Source: Glycera tridactyla (taxonomy: Eukaryota). Taken from it: a stretch of DNA of 64,000 nucleotides. A program made the translations under genes and the position numbers. Below are positions 23,320 through 36,944 of the stretch, piece by piece; within the stretch, counting starts at the first letter, position 1; the number at the start of each line of letters is the position of its first letter. The stretch spans positions 66,898,001 through 66,962,000 of the forward strand of contig OZ286461.1 in NCBI GenBank assembly GCA_965644265.1, written 5' to 3'. The notes under the pieces were generated by a model that searched no databases, was not told the DNA's origin, and saw only the letters and a program-made list of their open reading frames with translations.

Positions 23320-23380
<61 letters not shown>
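23300..23380. repeat. (GA)n microsatellite
   Basis: Direct reading. Confidence 0.95.
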
Positions 23381-23382
<2 letters not shown>

Positions 23383-23389
23383 CAACCAG

Positions 23390-23660
23390 AAAGATCATGT
23401 ACGCCATGTATTCCTGGTCAATGGAGCTAGATGTTCTCTCCCCTGAACCCTGAACACAAGATGACAGGGAGCATGAAAGGTTGTCAATTGGAAGTAGCTG
23501 ACAGTTCAGACACACCTCTACCTACTCAACATAAATATGTTAAACCTATCAATGGCATATCTGAATATGTAACTGACTGGAAGCTGTCACTCAAGCCTGA
23601 TTGCAACGCATTCTATGTATGCAGAGTGCAGCACTTAAAACAAGGAAAAGCATCAGGTTT
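23390..23660 (+). mobile_element. Interspersed repeat family (ggattatgtatgcc...gtggaagtagctgacag...), SINE-like, unclassified
   Basis: Related copies at about 25010-25210 (-), 29375-29460, 32200-32290, 32370-32660, 44440-44620 (-), 51260-51360 (-), 63350-63430. Confidence 0.65.
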
Positions 23661-23929
23661 GGAGAATTCTCAACCAATTACGATCTGTCAACTTCTAACT
23701 AGCTTTACAATCGTGATTGTTCTATACTCGCAATACTATGCCATTACAGAACCTAGTAAACTTTGTTGCAGCCCTAGTAATGCAGAACTAGTGTGCCCAG
23801 TGCCAGCTTTTTGCATGGTAAGAATATCTGCCAGAGGTAAACTGTCAACCTGGGACCATCTCACCGAAGAAATGAGAAAGAGCCTAGAGGGTAGGAAATA
23901 GGCAAAGAATGAGAAACCCGTTGATAGTA

Positions 23930-24240
23930 CCACATTCGAATTTGGCAGATCTCGCAAGGAAGTGACACATTTGAATTCGACAGATTTTGCAAGGGAGCAT
24001 CGCATGTGAATTTGACAAATTTTGCAAGGGGGCATCACATGTGAATTTGACAGATTTTGCCAGAGAGCAGCACATTTGAATTCGACAGATTTTGAGAGAA
24101 AGCATCACATTCGCATTTGACATATTCTTTGTGAATTTGACTGTTCTTAGAAAGAAGCATCACATTTGGATTCGACAGATTTGACAAGGGAAAGGTCATA
24201 TTTGAATTTGAGTGACTTCACAAGGAAACGTCATATTTGG
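23930..24240. repeat. Degenerate minisatellite (gcatcacatttgaattcgacagattttgcaag...)
   Basis: cacatttgaattcgacagattt-like anchor recurs about every 40 bp. Confidence 0.75.
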
Positions 24241-24328
24241 AAGCAATATGCATGAGGAGTTCATTGCCAGTAGCAATCACATTAGGATTTGACAGATTTT
24301 ACAAGGAAATGACCCATTCTAATTCGAC

Positions 24329-24895
24329 AGAGTGCCAGTATTTTTATAGGACATCTATCTTTAATGCTGACTTGACTAATGTGACTTTACTAAAAAAAAC
24401 AGACAGCAATACTCACCAGAAGTCCATCACAGAGTGCCAGTATTTCATAAGGCACGAGACATATTTTGAATACTGAGTTGACTAATGTGACTTTACTGAA
24501 GAGGCAATACTCACCAGAAGGCCATTGCAAAGTGCCAGTATTTCATAAGGCACAAGACATCTATCTTTAATGCTGAGTTGATTAATGTGACTTTACTAAA
24601 GAAGCAATACTCACCAGAAGGTCATTACAGAGTGCCAGTATTTCATTAGGCAGGAGACATCTATCTTTAATGCTGAGTTGATTAATGTGACTTTACTAAA
24701 GAAGCAATACTCACCAGAAGGTCATTACAGAGTGCCAGTATTTCATCAGGCAGGAGAAATCTATCTTTTATTGTGAGTTGACTAACCTGACTTCACAAAA
24801 AAAAACAATACTCACCAGAAGGCCATTACAGAGTGCCAGTATTTCATAAGGCACAAGACATCTATCTTTAATGCTGAGTTGACTAAGATGCAAGG
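24329..24895 (-). repeat. 100-bp tandem array made of exon 3' end plus 5' splice site
   Basis: caatactcaccagaag at about 24415, 24514, 24614, 24714, 24815; last copy is the real exon end. Confidence 0.9.
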
Positions 24896-24988
24896 AACGT
24901 TGAATGTAGGAGCAGGGCTGTACACCAAGACGTCGGCACGTCTTCTCGTAGATGGCTAAACCAACGTCATCTTTCCCTGCCACTTCAC
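24816..24988 (-). CDS. LRRC74: LRRC74-like exon (G-EVAGKDDVGLAIYEKTCRRLGVQPCSYIQRSLHLSQLSIKDRCLVPYEILALCNGLL)
   Basis: Acceptor gttgtag|, donor |gtgagt; 173 bp, phase 1 to 0; YxxxCxxxGVxPxSY resembles the pre-LRR segment I recall from LRRC74A/B (from memory, not a search). Confidence 0.8.
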
Positions 24989-25451
24989 CTACAACATTGG
25001 TTCAATATGTCCATGTTGAATAGGTAGAGGTGTGTCTGAACTGTTAGCTACTCCCACTTGCCAACCTTTTGGGCTCCCAGTCATCTTGTGTTCAGGGCTT
25101 GTGTAAGTGATGCCTGCTGGGGACAAAATCTTTAGCTTTCATTGACCAGGGACACAGGGCATAACGAATAGTCTGGGTAGATACATGTCATTAACACAAC
25201 AATAAGAGATGAAGAGAACTTTCAAACTCCTACCCATTTCAATATGGTTCTTGATAAGGTGATAATTAGATGATAAAGAGGAGGAGGGGAAAGGGGGAGG
25301 AGGAGGAAAAGCAAGGTGGGGAGCTGGGGTGGGTGAGCAGAGGAGGGGGTGAGGATGGCGACGACGTGATGTTGATGAAAAATTGGTCATGTGATACATC
25401 AGTAATATATTTTTCACAGTCATGGTAGCTCCTATAATCACAAGGCCATTG

Positions 25452-25465
25452 GTTACCATGGAAAC
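25452..25465. promoter_or_regulatory. RFX X-box-like palindrome GTTACCATGGAAAC
   Basis: Matches GTTNCCATGGNAAC; about 460 bp 5' of the conserved LRRC74-like exon. Confidence 0.45.
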
Positions 25466-25566
25466 CATGCATGATGGTAGCGGATGAGTGGATCACCTGA
25501 CTGTACTCGGGATGGTGAGTGTGATGGAGTGACGAAATGCAATCATAATTGAATATCAATATTAAT

Positions 25567-26660
25567 ATTTGATTCTCTCTTGGAGCTACTCTTCTTGGCA
25601 AGTAATCAGCTGTTATTGTGCTTCGGAAGTATCAATAATAGGACGGGTTGTAACGCGATCGATTTCGCGAGCATTATCGCCCTATTCATCAAAATTACCA
25701 GTTTTAATTTGGTTTGGTTTGGTTTGAGGTTCATGGCATGGATCAACCCAAAAGCTTATGTAACAGGCAGTTTCAGGCAATGTAGGCAGGCATGGCTCAT
25801 TCTGCAGTTATAGGCAGTAGCAAACGGTAAAAGGCAATAGCTGACAGTAAAAAGCAGTAGCTGACAGCAAAAGGCAGTAGTTGACAGTATCAGGCAGCAA
25901 CAGACAGTTGCAGACAGTAGCCGACAATATTAGGCAGAGTTGGGCAGTAGGCAGTAGCTGACAGTATCAGGCAGTGGTATACAGTAAAAGGCAGCAACAG
26001 GCAGTTGCAGACACTAGCAGACATTATTGGCCAGAGACGGGAAGTAGGCAGTAGCTGACAGTGGTATACAGTAAAAGGCAGCAACAGACAGTTGCAGACA
26101 GTAGCCGACAGTATTGGGCGGAGACGGAAAGTATTAGTAGGCAGTAGCTGACAGTATCAGGCAGTGGTATACAGTAAAAGGCAGCTACAGATAGATACAG
26201 ACAGTAGCCGACAGTATTGGGTGGAGATGGGCAGGCATTATGGCAGGTCCGTGTGTATCCTGCAGTATTTGTGAGTAATATACTGCAGCAGATAGTAACA
26301 GCCACCATGGCAGGAGATATATTTGATTCTCTCTTGGAGCTACTCTTCTCGGCAAGTAATCAGCTGTTATTGTGCTTCGGAAGTATCAATAATAGGACGG
26401 ATTGTAACACGATCGATTTCGCGAGCATTATCGTCCTATCCATTGAAATTGCCAGTTTTAATTTGGTTTGGTTTGGATCGATTTGAGGTTCAGGGCATGG
26501 ATCAACCCAAAAGATTATGTAGCAGGCAGTTTCAGGCAATGTAGGCAGGCATGGCTCATTCGGCAGTCATAGGCAGTAGCAAACGGTAAAAGGCAGTAGC
26601 TGACAGTGAAAGGCAGTAGCTGACAGCAAAAGGCAGTAGCTGTCAGTATCAGGCAGGTCA
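25567..26660. repeat. Local direct duplication (about 330 bp, offset 754) embedded in a ggcagtagctgacag low-complexity array
   Basis: atttgattctctcttggagctac starts at both 25567 and 26321. Confidence 0.8.
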
Positions 26661-29149
26661 GTGTGTATCCTGCAGTATTTGTCAGTAATATACTGCAGCA
26701 GATAGTAACAGGCACCATGGCAGGGGATATCCTGCAGTAGTAGATAGTATTGGGTTAGGTGCAGGCACTCCATTTCTCAACCGAGCCGAACTGTCTACAA
26801 TAGTGAGCAAGGCTGCTCCTCGGATGGGTGACCAACATGGACAAGGTTCACCATTCCATGCAGGACCTGCACCATTACACGGACCTGTATGATCTACACT
26901 ACTCAATAAGGAGGCACTTCTGCGCGGAGGAAAATGAGTAGAACTTCACCACTACACTACACTTCAACCAGATGTGAAAGGGGACTTCGCATATGGACAG
27001 TTAGTTCAACGTTTGAAACATCTTTATTCACACAAAAGCATGGGCGGAGTCGTATCACAAGCTATCGTGGTCTGATGACAAAAATTAACATATGATACAG
27101 ACATACACACAATAGATATAACTCATAAACATACTAATGGTGAGACTAACGCTGGCTCAAATATGTTGTACTTAATAAATGTACACTGGTATAGCAATAT
27201 GATTATAATGATGCATAGCCAATGTAGTTAATTCTATGTCTGTGGTTGTATACTCCCCAGTGGGATGAGAAATGAGCAAGCTTGAACAGGCCTGCAAAGG
27301 AATGTATTTGTGAAGTCAGGTTAATTTGCCTAGGATATCGTATAGTAAACCACTAAGTTTAGTGGCGGGTATTTCGCCAGTGATCCTGCGAGTATTCTCC
27401 GTAAGTGACAGTTTAGCAGATAGAATCAGGCAAACAGTGATTGAATCTTTGAACAGTGGAAATTCAATCTAATTACTCTTGCACTTGTCTCAGAATCCAG
27501 TTTTCGTCTGATCAAGGTTGGTCTTCGTGGTAAGGTAATTCACAACACACAATGCTAATATCGTTATCGCTAGGAGTGGTATTCATAGGTCGAACCTGCA
27601 CCAAAGGCCACCAAGATGCTGAAGTCACTTACTAACAAACATCACTTGAGTGATTTTAATATCATATCATATCATGAACCACCAGTCCACAGAGGCCATC
27701 TGAGTATAAATACCACGCACAACATGACCAAGGCTCAGATTACATGTGAAATGTAACGCAAACTACTTTCCTACCCCCCCCCCCCCATCTCGGCAGCTCC
27801 TTCATTTGTTTCTGAGAGGAAATACAAAGTATAGTATGAATCTAGCCAATGTTGGAGATTAAGAAGGGGGCAATAGTACTCAGCCTTGAGTGAAGTGCAC
27901 ACTTCAACATATTCTTCTCAGCTTCACAGCAAGGGGCTTCATTGTGTACATGAAACCATGTTTATATATAGAGCGATCTTTTGTGGTACGCTGCCTATAT
28001 TATGAGATCGAATTCAATATCACTTATGAACGCCCCCCACACACACACCCACGAGATCGCTATGTATGTGGTTGGCCGACTTGTAGGTTGGCTGGTCAGT
28101 CAGCTGATTGGTTGATACGATAGGTTGGTAAGTTTGAAGACAATTTGACTGAAGTGTCGGCATTTCTTCGGCCATATTAAAAAAGCACTAGCCCTTGGCA
28201 ATCTGGCTAATGGCTAGTGCTAATGCTGAAATCGAATATGACGGCCGAATTTCTTATCCAATCATATTTCAATGGTGTGAGTGGACAGTGTTATTTATGC
28301 CATATTCGTTAAATGCTTCACGTACAAACACTCACCAAGAATGTCGGTGGAATCGTATCCTATTCAAACGCATGCAGTCGACTCGGAACATGGTATTATA
28401 TGCAGTCTATGTGTGTCATTAACAGTCAAATCGGGCATGAAACATACCCGCCACATTTGGATTTGACAGATTGTACCAAATTCCTCCGCGACAGGTAATC
28501 CGTCAAATGATGGGACGCCACAATGACCAATGAGAACCACGTGCACAAGACCCCTTCTCAATCAGCAGAGAATACATTCATCATTGTGGTGTATTTGAGA
28601 CTGTGTACAAATGAGCGTTCCTCTGTGCTCTGTTGAGTAATCGACTCTACATTCTTCTTCTAGATAAATTGGTTTCTCAATCATTTCCAAAACCATTCAT
28701 CAAGACATTCATCNNNNNNNNNNNNNNNNNNNNNNNNNNNNNNNNNNNNNNNNNNNNNNNNNNNNNNNNNNNNNNNNNNNNNNNNNNNNNNNNNNNNNNN
28801 NNNNNNNNNNNNNNNNNNNNNNNNNNNNNNNNNNNNNNNNNNNNNNNNNNNNNNNNNNNNNNNNNNNNNNNNNNNNNNNNNNNNNNNNNNNNNNNNNNNN
28901 NNNNNNNNNNNNNNNNNNNNNNNNNNNNNNNNNNNNNNNNNNNCTATGGAGACCACTGTATGCATATTCTATGGTTCGATGACAAGATGCAGGTGGTAGC
29001 ATGTCCGTGAAATACGTCAAATGTCCATGCCAGATTTTAGGATATCATGGCGGGGTTATAGCTGCTAATGTATCGGAAGGTTTTGCATGTGACGTGCTGG
29101 GAACGGGAGAGATAGGGGATGGGAGAGACCGAGAAAGATAGAGAAGTAC

Positions 29150-29222
<73 letters not shown>
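29150..29222. repeat. (CAGA)n microsatellite
   Basis: Direct reading. Confidence 0.95.
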
Positions 29223-32200
29223 GAAGAGTGCAGAGCAAGACAGAGCAGCAGGGCCACACAGAAAGCAGATGAGGAGAAGTTGAAAGAGAACCATCGGAGA
29301 ATCGGAACAGATGACAATTGTCGAGTTGTTTGTCAGTCTGACCGTTGGTAAGTTTGTTTGGAGATACATGACATGTATCAACCCAGAGGATTACACACAG
29401 CGCGTGTTCCTGGTCAATGAATGCTAGATGCAGACGTCACTCACACAAACCCTGAACAATAGAACATCTCGAGCAGGTTTCCAGATCCTTGCACCACTAA
29501 ACAAAAGTGAATCCTGACTGCCTCAGGCTCTCGGATATTGATCTGGAGTTTGGCTGAATCCATTATGTCGGGAGAATGAAGCCATGGTCTGATTATTTAT
29601 GTAGCATCCACCAGACGAGATTGAGATGGTAACATCATCCCGTCGCTTATAATTGAAACTTTCTTCACACGCCTCTCTTGTGAGCACATTCTCACATGCA
29701 ATCTACCGCCAGCAAATCGTTCACTCAATTGCCGAAAAACAGACATCGCTGTTGCTCTCTTTTTTATGGGAAGCACAGCTGAGCATGTTATGAATGAGTT
29801 GGGTGCTGTCATCATCGGCCAAGGGCACTTTTCATCTGGTATAGAAAGAACCCTATCAAATTTGAAAATATATCAAGTTGTCTGTCTATTGCTCATACGA
29901 ATATCTGTCTGTGTTATCTGTCTATCGGTCCGCTTGCGTGAGTGTCCGTCTCGGTCTGTTTCTCTGTCTCTGTCGCTGTGTCTGTCTCTCTTCCCCTCTC
30001 TGAGTCTCTGTGTGTCCCTGTCTGTNNNNNNNNNNNNNNNNNNNNNNNNNNNNNNNNNNNNNNNNNNNNNNNNNNNNNNNNNNNNNNNNNNNNNNNNNNN
30101 NNNNNNNNNNNNNNNNNNNNNNNNNNNNNNNNNNNNNNNNNNNNNNNNNNNNNNNNNNNNNNNNNNNNNNNNNNNNNNNNNNNNNNNNNNNNNNNNNNNN
30201 NNNNNNNNNNNNNNNNNNNNNNNNNNNNNNNNNNNNNNNNNNNNNNNNNNNNNNNNNNNNNNNNNNNNNNNNNNNNNNNNNNNNNNNNNNNNNNNNNNNN
30301 NNNNNNNNNNNNNNNNNNNNNNNNNNNNNNNNNNNNNNNNTTTCAGATATATTTGACACTATCCATGTAACAGAGCTGCGTTAGGCTATTCGAAATGAGG
30401 GGCCAAGTAGGCACCTCTGTCGAATGCACATGGGCCAATTTGTCGTAGGAATGGCCAAAGTGAAGTGAATAAAAATGCAGCTTTAGGTAGGTAATATGAG
30501 GGAGGTCCTCGCATTTGTAACTCGTTAAAAAGGTTTTGTAGGTGACAGAAATATCAACACACGATACATATGGACAGAATTATATGGATACGATTTGGCG
30601 TGGTGATCTAACGCTCTATATATGGCCGTCATTCCTGATTCACCTTGATGAATCAGAAAGTCACCATGGATACACTTGATCAGAGAAACATGCAGACATG
30701 AGTACGTGCCTATAATTTCCGAGATGGCATGACACCAAAGAAAATCAAAGCTGAAATTCTTCAATCAATTCCATCGTATTCTGACATTTCTTATGGTTTG
30801 GTGAAGATTTCAATCCCACCAATTTTGGTCCAATACACGACTGAGGAGATTTACCTGTGACATGTCTGGGACCCGAATGTCGCCATGCGGATGAAAAGAA
30901 ATACATATACGCACTCCGTGGATATGAGAAATATGCAAACTTTTTTCGCAGGAATAATTCCAAAATGGAAACAATGATCATGGGATCTATGTTAAACAGG
31001 TGACAATTTCTGGGTTAATCTGACGTTTTCGATCTATATAATTTAGTTACAATATAGGTTGCAGTGGATTTGCCTATGATAGGTCTGGACCCCCAGTATT
31101 GGCATGTAAATAAAAGAAACATGTATACTCTATATGCAACTATAATTCCTCGAATTGTGTGGCTCCTGAGAATAGGTACATGATGCTGACACGGCCGAAA
31201 TTCTTCGATTAAATTTCATAGCTCATTAACATTTCCTGCTGACTGTTGAAAATATCTATTCCAATGATCCTGCTGCAATACACGTTCGAGACTATTTCAG
31301 CTTTTTTCAACGGAATGTTACTCAAGTATTGGCAATTGTCAACTTGCCTCAAAACAGTCAGCATTGCACACGGAATACATCATCCTCTGGGTTAATACAT
31401 GCCGTTAACCGACAATCAATCAACCACCCAACCATGGCGACCACCTTGTTTCCTGATCCCTTCCCATTGACAATATCCCTTCAAGTGGCATGCAATTGGT
31501 AGTACGAAATATTCATGCATTCATCGACATCATCAATGAAATATAATGGACAGATATGACACTTTTTTCCATTTGGAGATGTGTATACATTTCAGATGTT
31601 TATGTAATAAAAGAATTCTATGATCTCCTTTCCCTTCCTCACTATCGTGTTTGAAATACAACCTATCTCGAATGGGAGATGGGTTTGGTGTAATTTCGAT
31701 GTTGGAGCTCTGCCTGGAGGAGTTGATTCCATGTACTGGAGCAATCACGAGTGCTCTTTCGAATGAAGACTGACTGCATGATAGCAACAATAAAATCAGC
31801 ACTAGTCAAGTAACTCCCACCGATACCTACACCCCCCCCCCATAGAAACTTCACAAACATGATGTTCAACTCCTTGATATACTTGAAATGTCTCACTGTT
31901 CGTTCATTCATTTGTTCTTTCATAAAAAAAATACTTCCATATTATTCATCTATGGCATCGGGCTTGATACAAGCCATTGAATAACGAAAAAAACAAACCC
32001 GCGTTAGGACCGCCAGTTGTAATATCCCTTTCACTCGATCTTCATATGATTTTGCTTTCATGCATATGGATAATGTGTGAGTAGTTTTCTCAGCGATCAC
32101 TTCGATTTAGTGGAGGTAGTGTTCTTTGCGAGTGTGATCTTTGCCGATGACTGGCATCTGAATACCATAATGTTTTATTCGTTTGTAGTTGAACGGCATG

Positions 32201-34204
32201 TATCAACCGGAGGATCATGTAAGCCATCTCAATGAAAGCTAGATGATGGGGAATCTAAGGAGTTGTCAAGTGGAAGTAGCTGAAGGTTCGTTCATACTGG
32301 GATATAGTCAGTGTTATATTGATTGGGCGGTTGATTGATTGAGCGATTCATTGATTGATGTATATCAGCATGTATCAGCCCAGAGGATTATGTATGCCAT
32401 CTGTTCCTGGTCAATTCGAAGCTAGATAGTTTGTCTCCTGTAGGCATCACTTACACAAACCCTGTACACAAGATGTTGGGGAACCTCAACGGTTGTCAAG
32501 TGGAAGTAGCTGACAGTCCAAACACACCTTTACCTACTCAACATAAACATATTGAACCTATCGAAGATGTACCTAACTATGTTAATGGCTGGAAGCTGAC
32601 GCTCGGGCCTGTTAGCAATGCTGTTTTTCAAACAAAGCGCCGCACTTGAAACAAGGAAAAGCAGTAGGCTTGGAGAACGATAATTAGGTATGGCTGTGGC
32701 ACTAGAAACATGGCATGCACATGAATGGGATTTCTCAACTCCGATGTCATGAAACACATTATGTTATATGTCATACCGAAAAATCAATGATAATAAATAT
32801 ATCCGAAAATGTAGGTAGAAATATCTCTTGTGGAGGGATTCAAGATCGAGCTCAAATAGCTCATACTCTGTATCGAGATCAGCCTGCTTTTCCGATAGCC
32901 CCATGTTAAGGATGTACCAGGGAGTTTTTGTGGTTTCCTGACTGGCACTCATGGCATAACACTAGTTGATCACTTGTCAACCTTCTTAAATACCTGTATC
33001 ACTGTCCTTCAAACAAATACTGCATTATTTGTATGCCCCAATGTATGTAAACACCAAAGAGTAATCTTTTCAATTGACCCCGGTGTGGGTTGGTGGCTTG
33101 TGTGCTTGAGTGGGTGGGTGAGTGAATGATGGTTTCCGGGCAATAACTCAAAAAGTTTAAGTAGTTTGAAGTGAAATTTGGTGGATTGGATTGCCTTAGG
33201 TCTGGTAAGACACCTATTGATTTTTGGATGCTTATCTTGAATATTTCTATATTTTTGCTATTTTTTCTCATTTATGGTGTTATGCATTAAAATTTTCAAT
33301 TCTGGCTAGCAAGAAAACGAATTCGGTGACGTGCAATTTTCTTCTCACTTATTTTCTTTGTCCGGTAATAAACTACAGAATGAATGGGGAAGATTGCATT
33401 CAGCAAATGTTCATGAATGGCCTCCAGGGTGATTTTTCAGTGATTTTCTTTCATTGGTTCCCATGGCCTATTAGGTCTTTCTCGTTGTGAAAAAAATTCT
33501 CCATGTGAGTTTCCCAATCCATGTTGCACCAGGTTACAAGACCAGGTAGATAGGAAGTTTGATTCATTCAAAAACTAGAAAACTGACCCAGTCAGCGCGG
33601 GCCATGCCAGGGTTTGATCCATCAGCACCACAAACACAGCAGTACAGAGCAGCAAGGTCAAAGATCACAGAAGCAAAATTTTATGCCCATGCACTCCTAC
33701 CCCTCATAGGTAGTCCATATGTACAAACTGGCCACTTTAGCCGCAATACCTGAGCCACAGGAGCAAGAACAAAACGTTTGAAGCTCCAGGTCTTATTTCC
33801 AAGCTCAGAAGTCGCAGGTGAAGAAATCAATGCTTATCACATCTACGCCTAATCAGAAGTCCAGGTTAGCCACTGTGGCGTTGATACCTTGGCCACGGCA
33901 GCATGCACAAAATTTCAAGTTGAAGGTCATATCTCCAAAGTCACAGTTCGCAGGAGTACAAAGTCATGCCTATGCACACCTACACCAATGGGCATCCCAC
34001 AAATTAAATTCGGCTAATGTAGTATCAATACTTCAGCTACAGCTGCATACACAGAAATGTGTAGATTGGCACACACACACACACACAAACACACACTCAT
34101 CCCCACACACACACACAGACACACACATACACACACACTTGAGGAATTGATTGGAAAGCATACCTGTGTTTGACCTTGGAGTTGATGAAATAGACTACAA
34201 GCCA

Positions 34205-34516
34205 TTATTATTGACCCCAGAATAGATGTTGATTACGGAAAGGTGTTACATAACACAGGTAGAGAAACAAGAGAGGCATTGTTAATTTCCGAAGAATCCT
34301 AAATTTAATTGATTCAGAAAAGATGTTGATTACGGAGAGGACTTCCCTCACACCGGTAGAGAAACAAAAGATGCATGGTCAGTTTCTGAAAAGTCTTATG
34401 TAACAAACTCAAAATTTGTGGACGGACAGACGGACAGATGGACGGACGGATGGACAGATGGACGGACAGGTGCAGTGATTACGATAGGGCACCCTCATTT
34501 TCATGCGGGGCCCTAA
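34205..34516 (+). mobile_element. Non-autonomous element with (GACG/GACA)n microsatellite and 3' hairpin (Pearl/HINE-like architecture)
   Basis: Internal core repeat, gacggacagacgg tract, then AGGGC...GCCCT inverted stem; similar architecture at about 37620-38120. Confidence 0.45.
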
Positions 34517-34967
34517 CTATGGGTGGAAAGCAATATGGAATACTTCAGCTCCTTTCAAACTACAGATGTAATGATTTTCAAACTACAGATGTGATGTGAG
34601 ATAGAATACTTCAGCTTTTCAAAAACTATGGGTGGAATGCAAGATGGAATACTTCAGCTCCTTTCAAACTACAGATGTAATGCGAGATGGAATACATCAG
34701 CTTTATGGGTGTAATACAAAATAAAATATCCAGCTCCTCAAAAACAACTGATGGAATACAACATACAGAAGCTCTCCAAAAGCTATAAATGGAACACTTC
34801 AACTTTTGAAACCTACGGCTAAATATTTTTTATCAAAGAAGAAATACTTCAGATGAAAAAAGAGATGGAATACCTAGGCCTTCGTGGACTACTGATAGAA
34901 TTATTCATCTCGGTGAGAACTACAGATGAAATACTCAAGCTCCTCAAGACCTACAGGTGGAATACGA

Positions 34968-35725
34968 GATGGAATACTCCAGCTCTTCAAATACTTCAGC
35001 TTGGATAAATGATGGAATACTCCGGCTCTTCAAATACTATAGCTTGGATAAATGATGGAATACTCCAGTTTCTTCAAATACTTCAGCTTGGATAAATGAT
35101 GGAATACTCCGGCTCTTCAAATACTTCAGCTTGGATAAATGATGGAATACTCCGGCTCTTCAAATACTTCAGCTTGGATAAATGATGGAATACTCCGGCT
35201 CTTCAAATACTTCAACTTGGATAAATGATGGAATACTCCGGCTCTTCAAATACTTCAGCTTGAATAAATGATGGAATTATCCAGCCCTTCAAATACTTCA
35301 GCTTGGATAAATGATGGAAAACTCCGGCTCTTCAAATACCTCAGCTTGGATAAATGATGGAATACTCCGGCTCTTCAAATACTTCAGCTTGGATAAATGA
35401 TGGAATACTCCGGCTCTTCAAATACTTCAGCTTGGATAAATGATGGAATACTCCGGCTCTTCAAATACTTCAGCTTGGATAAATGATGGAATACTCCGGC
35501 TCTTCAAATACTTCAGCTTGGATAAATGATGGAATACTCGGGCTCTTCAAATACTTCAGCTTGGATAAATGATGGAATACTCCGGCTCTTCAAATACTTC
35601 AGCTTGGATAAATGATGGAATACTCCGGCTCTTCAAATACTTCAGCTTGAATAAATGATGGAATTATCCAGCTCTTCAAATACTTCAGCTTGGATAAATG
35701 ATGGAATAATTCAGTTCTTCAAAAA
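34968..35725. repeat. 43-bp tandem satellite, about 17 copies
   Basis: Unit aaatacttcagcttggataaatgatggaatactccggctcttc; ggaatactcc at 35101 and 35144. Confidence 0.95.
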
Positions 35726-36944
35726 CTGCTGCTGGAATACGAAAGTCAACACTTCTGCTCTCTAAAAACTACAGATGAGGTTCGAGATGAGAACTTGCAG
35801 CTTTTCGAAAGCAGAGGGGAGCTATGGAATTTGGAAGTTTCTCAAATCGAAAAGATTGGACAAACAATGATAGTATCCAAACCCAGAACCTCACATTCGC
35901 TTTGGTACCCAGAAGGAGGAATCTTGAATGATCCCATCCATTCCCATTACATGGGCGTCACATTATAGCGCAAACGGTGCTGACGTGACGTTAAACAAGA
36001 AGCAACCAACCGATGAAAAATGCCCCTCCCAAGAAAAGTGGGTTGTTTGGGGAATTTAAGGTGTGAATCCCAGGCGAATGCATTCGCGATTCAAGCTTGA
36101 ATAATTGACGACTGTACGGGTGGAAATAACCCCGGCGCAATCGAGAAAAAGCCGCGTGTCTGCAGGGAAATTAACTAGCCCGGGAACCCGGGGTGTCTGG
36201 TGGCATGCAAAGATGAAAATCCATCCAGGATCCCTGATCCCATGCGCATCATTTTCCTAATCCGCTGCGATTCGCTTCAATTTTGATGTCTAAGCAAGAT
36301 TCGCCGATCGCGTGCTAACCTGCCAACATGGTACAGTCCGTTAAATTCAAATGTGAATGAAACTTTTCACACACCCAAGTCGTCATTTCTCATGCGATTT
36401 GAATTTTAACGTCACCACAAAATTGTATAGGTCTCCCGGTGGTCATCAAACCTCACATCAGATAGTCTGTGTGCTTTTTGGAAAAGGATGTGTGCTCAAT
36501 TCATTGCATTTATAAGGCAATACCGCCCTCAATGTTAGCTGGTCCTACCACTTGAAACGATAGGAATACGGCCACCCTCGCTGAAAACAGCGTGAAAACG
36601 ACATATTTAGCGCGCGCGGGTTGAAAGCTACAAGGGACCAATCATCGTGATCACATTTCTAGTCGCCGTTGATGTCAACAAAAACAGTTATTCTGTTTCT
36701 TTTCAAATCGGTTATCGCCCACCGAGGGCAGAACGAAAACGTACTTAGGATATTAGACTTACAAGAGTATGGCTGAGCTGTTTTTTACCCAATCTCTTCG
36801 TGCTGTGGCCATCTTCAGACAACAATAATAGCAAGTAATCATGACCTAACCCTTGTTCGACTTACGTTCACCAGATGCTTTAGTGTAACAAGGCATAAAT
36901 GCACGAAAGGCTCGCATACCCGAGGCTTGTTGAAAGGAGACACT

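Noticed and set aside
34968-35725. CRISPR-like array (also 3740-4260 and 5980-7305)
   Set aside because: Units are contiguous with no unique spacers, no cas genes, eukaryotic context
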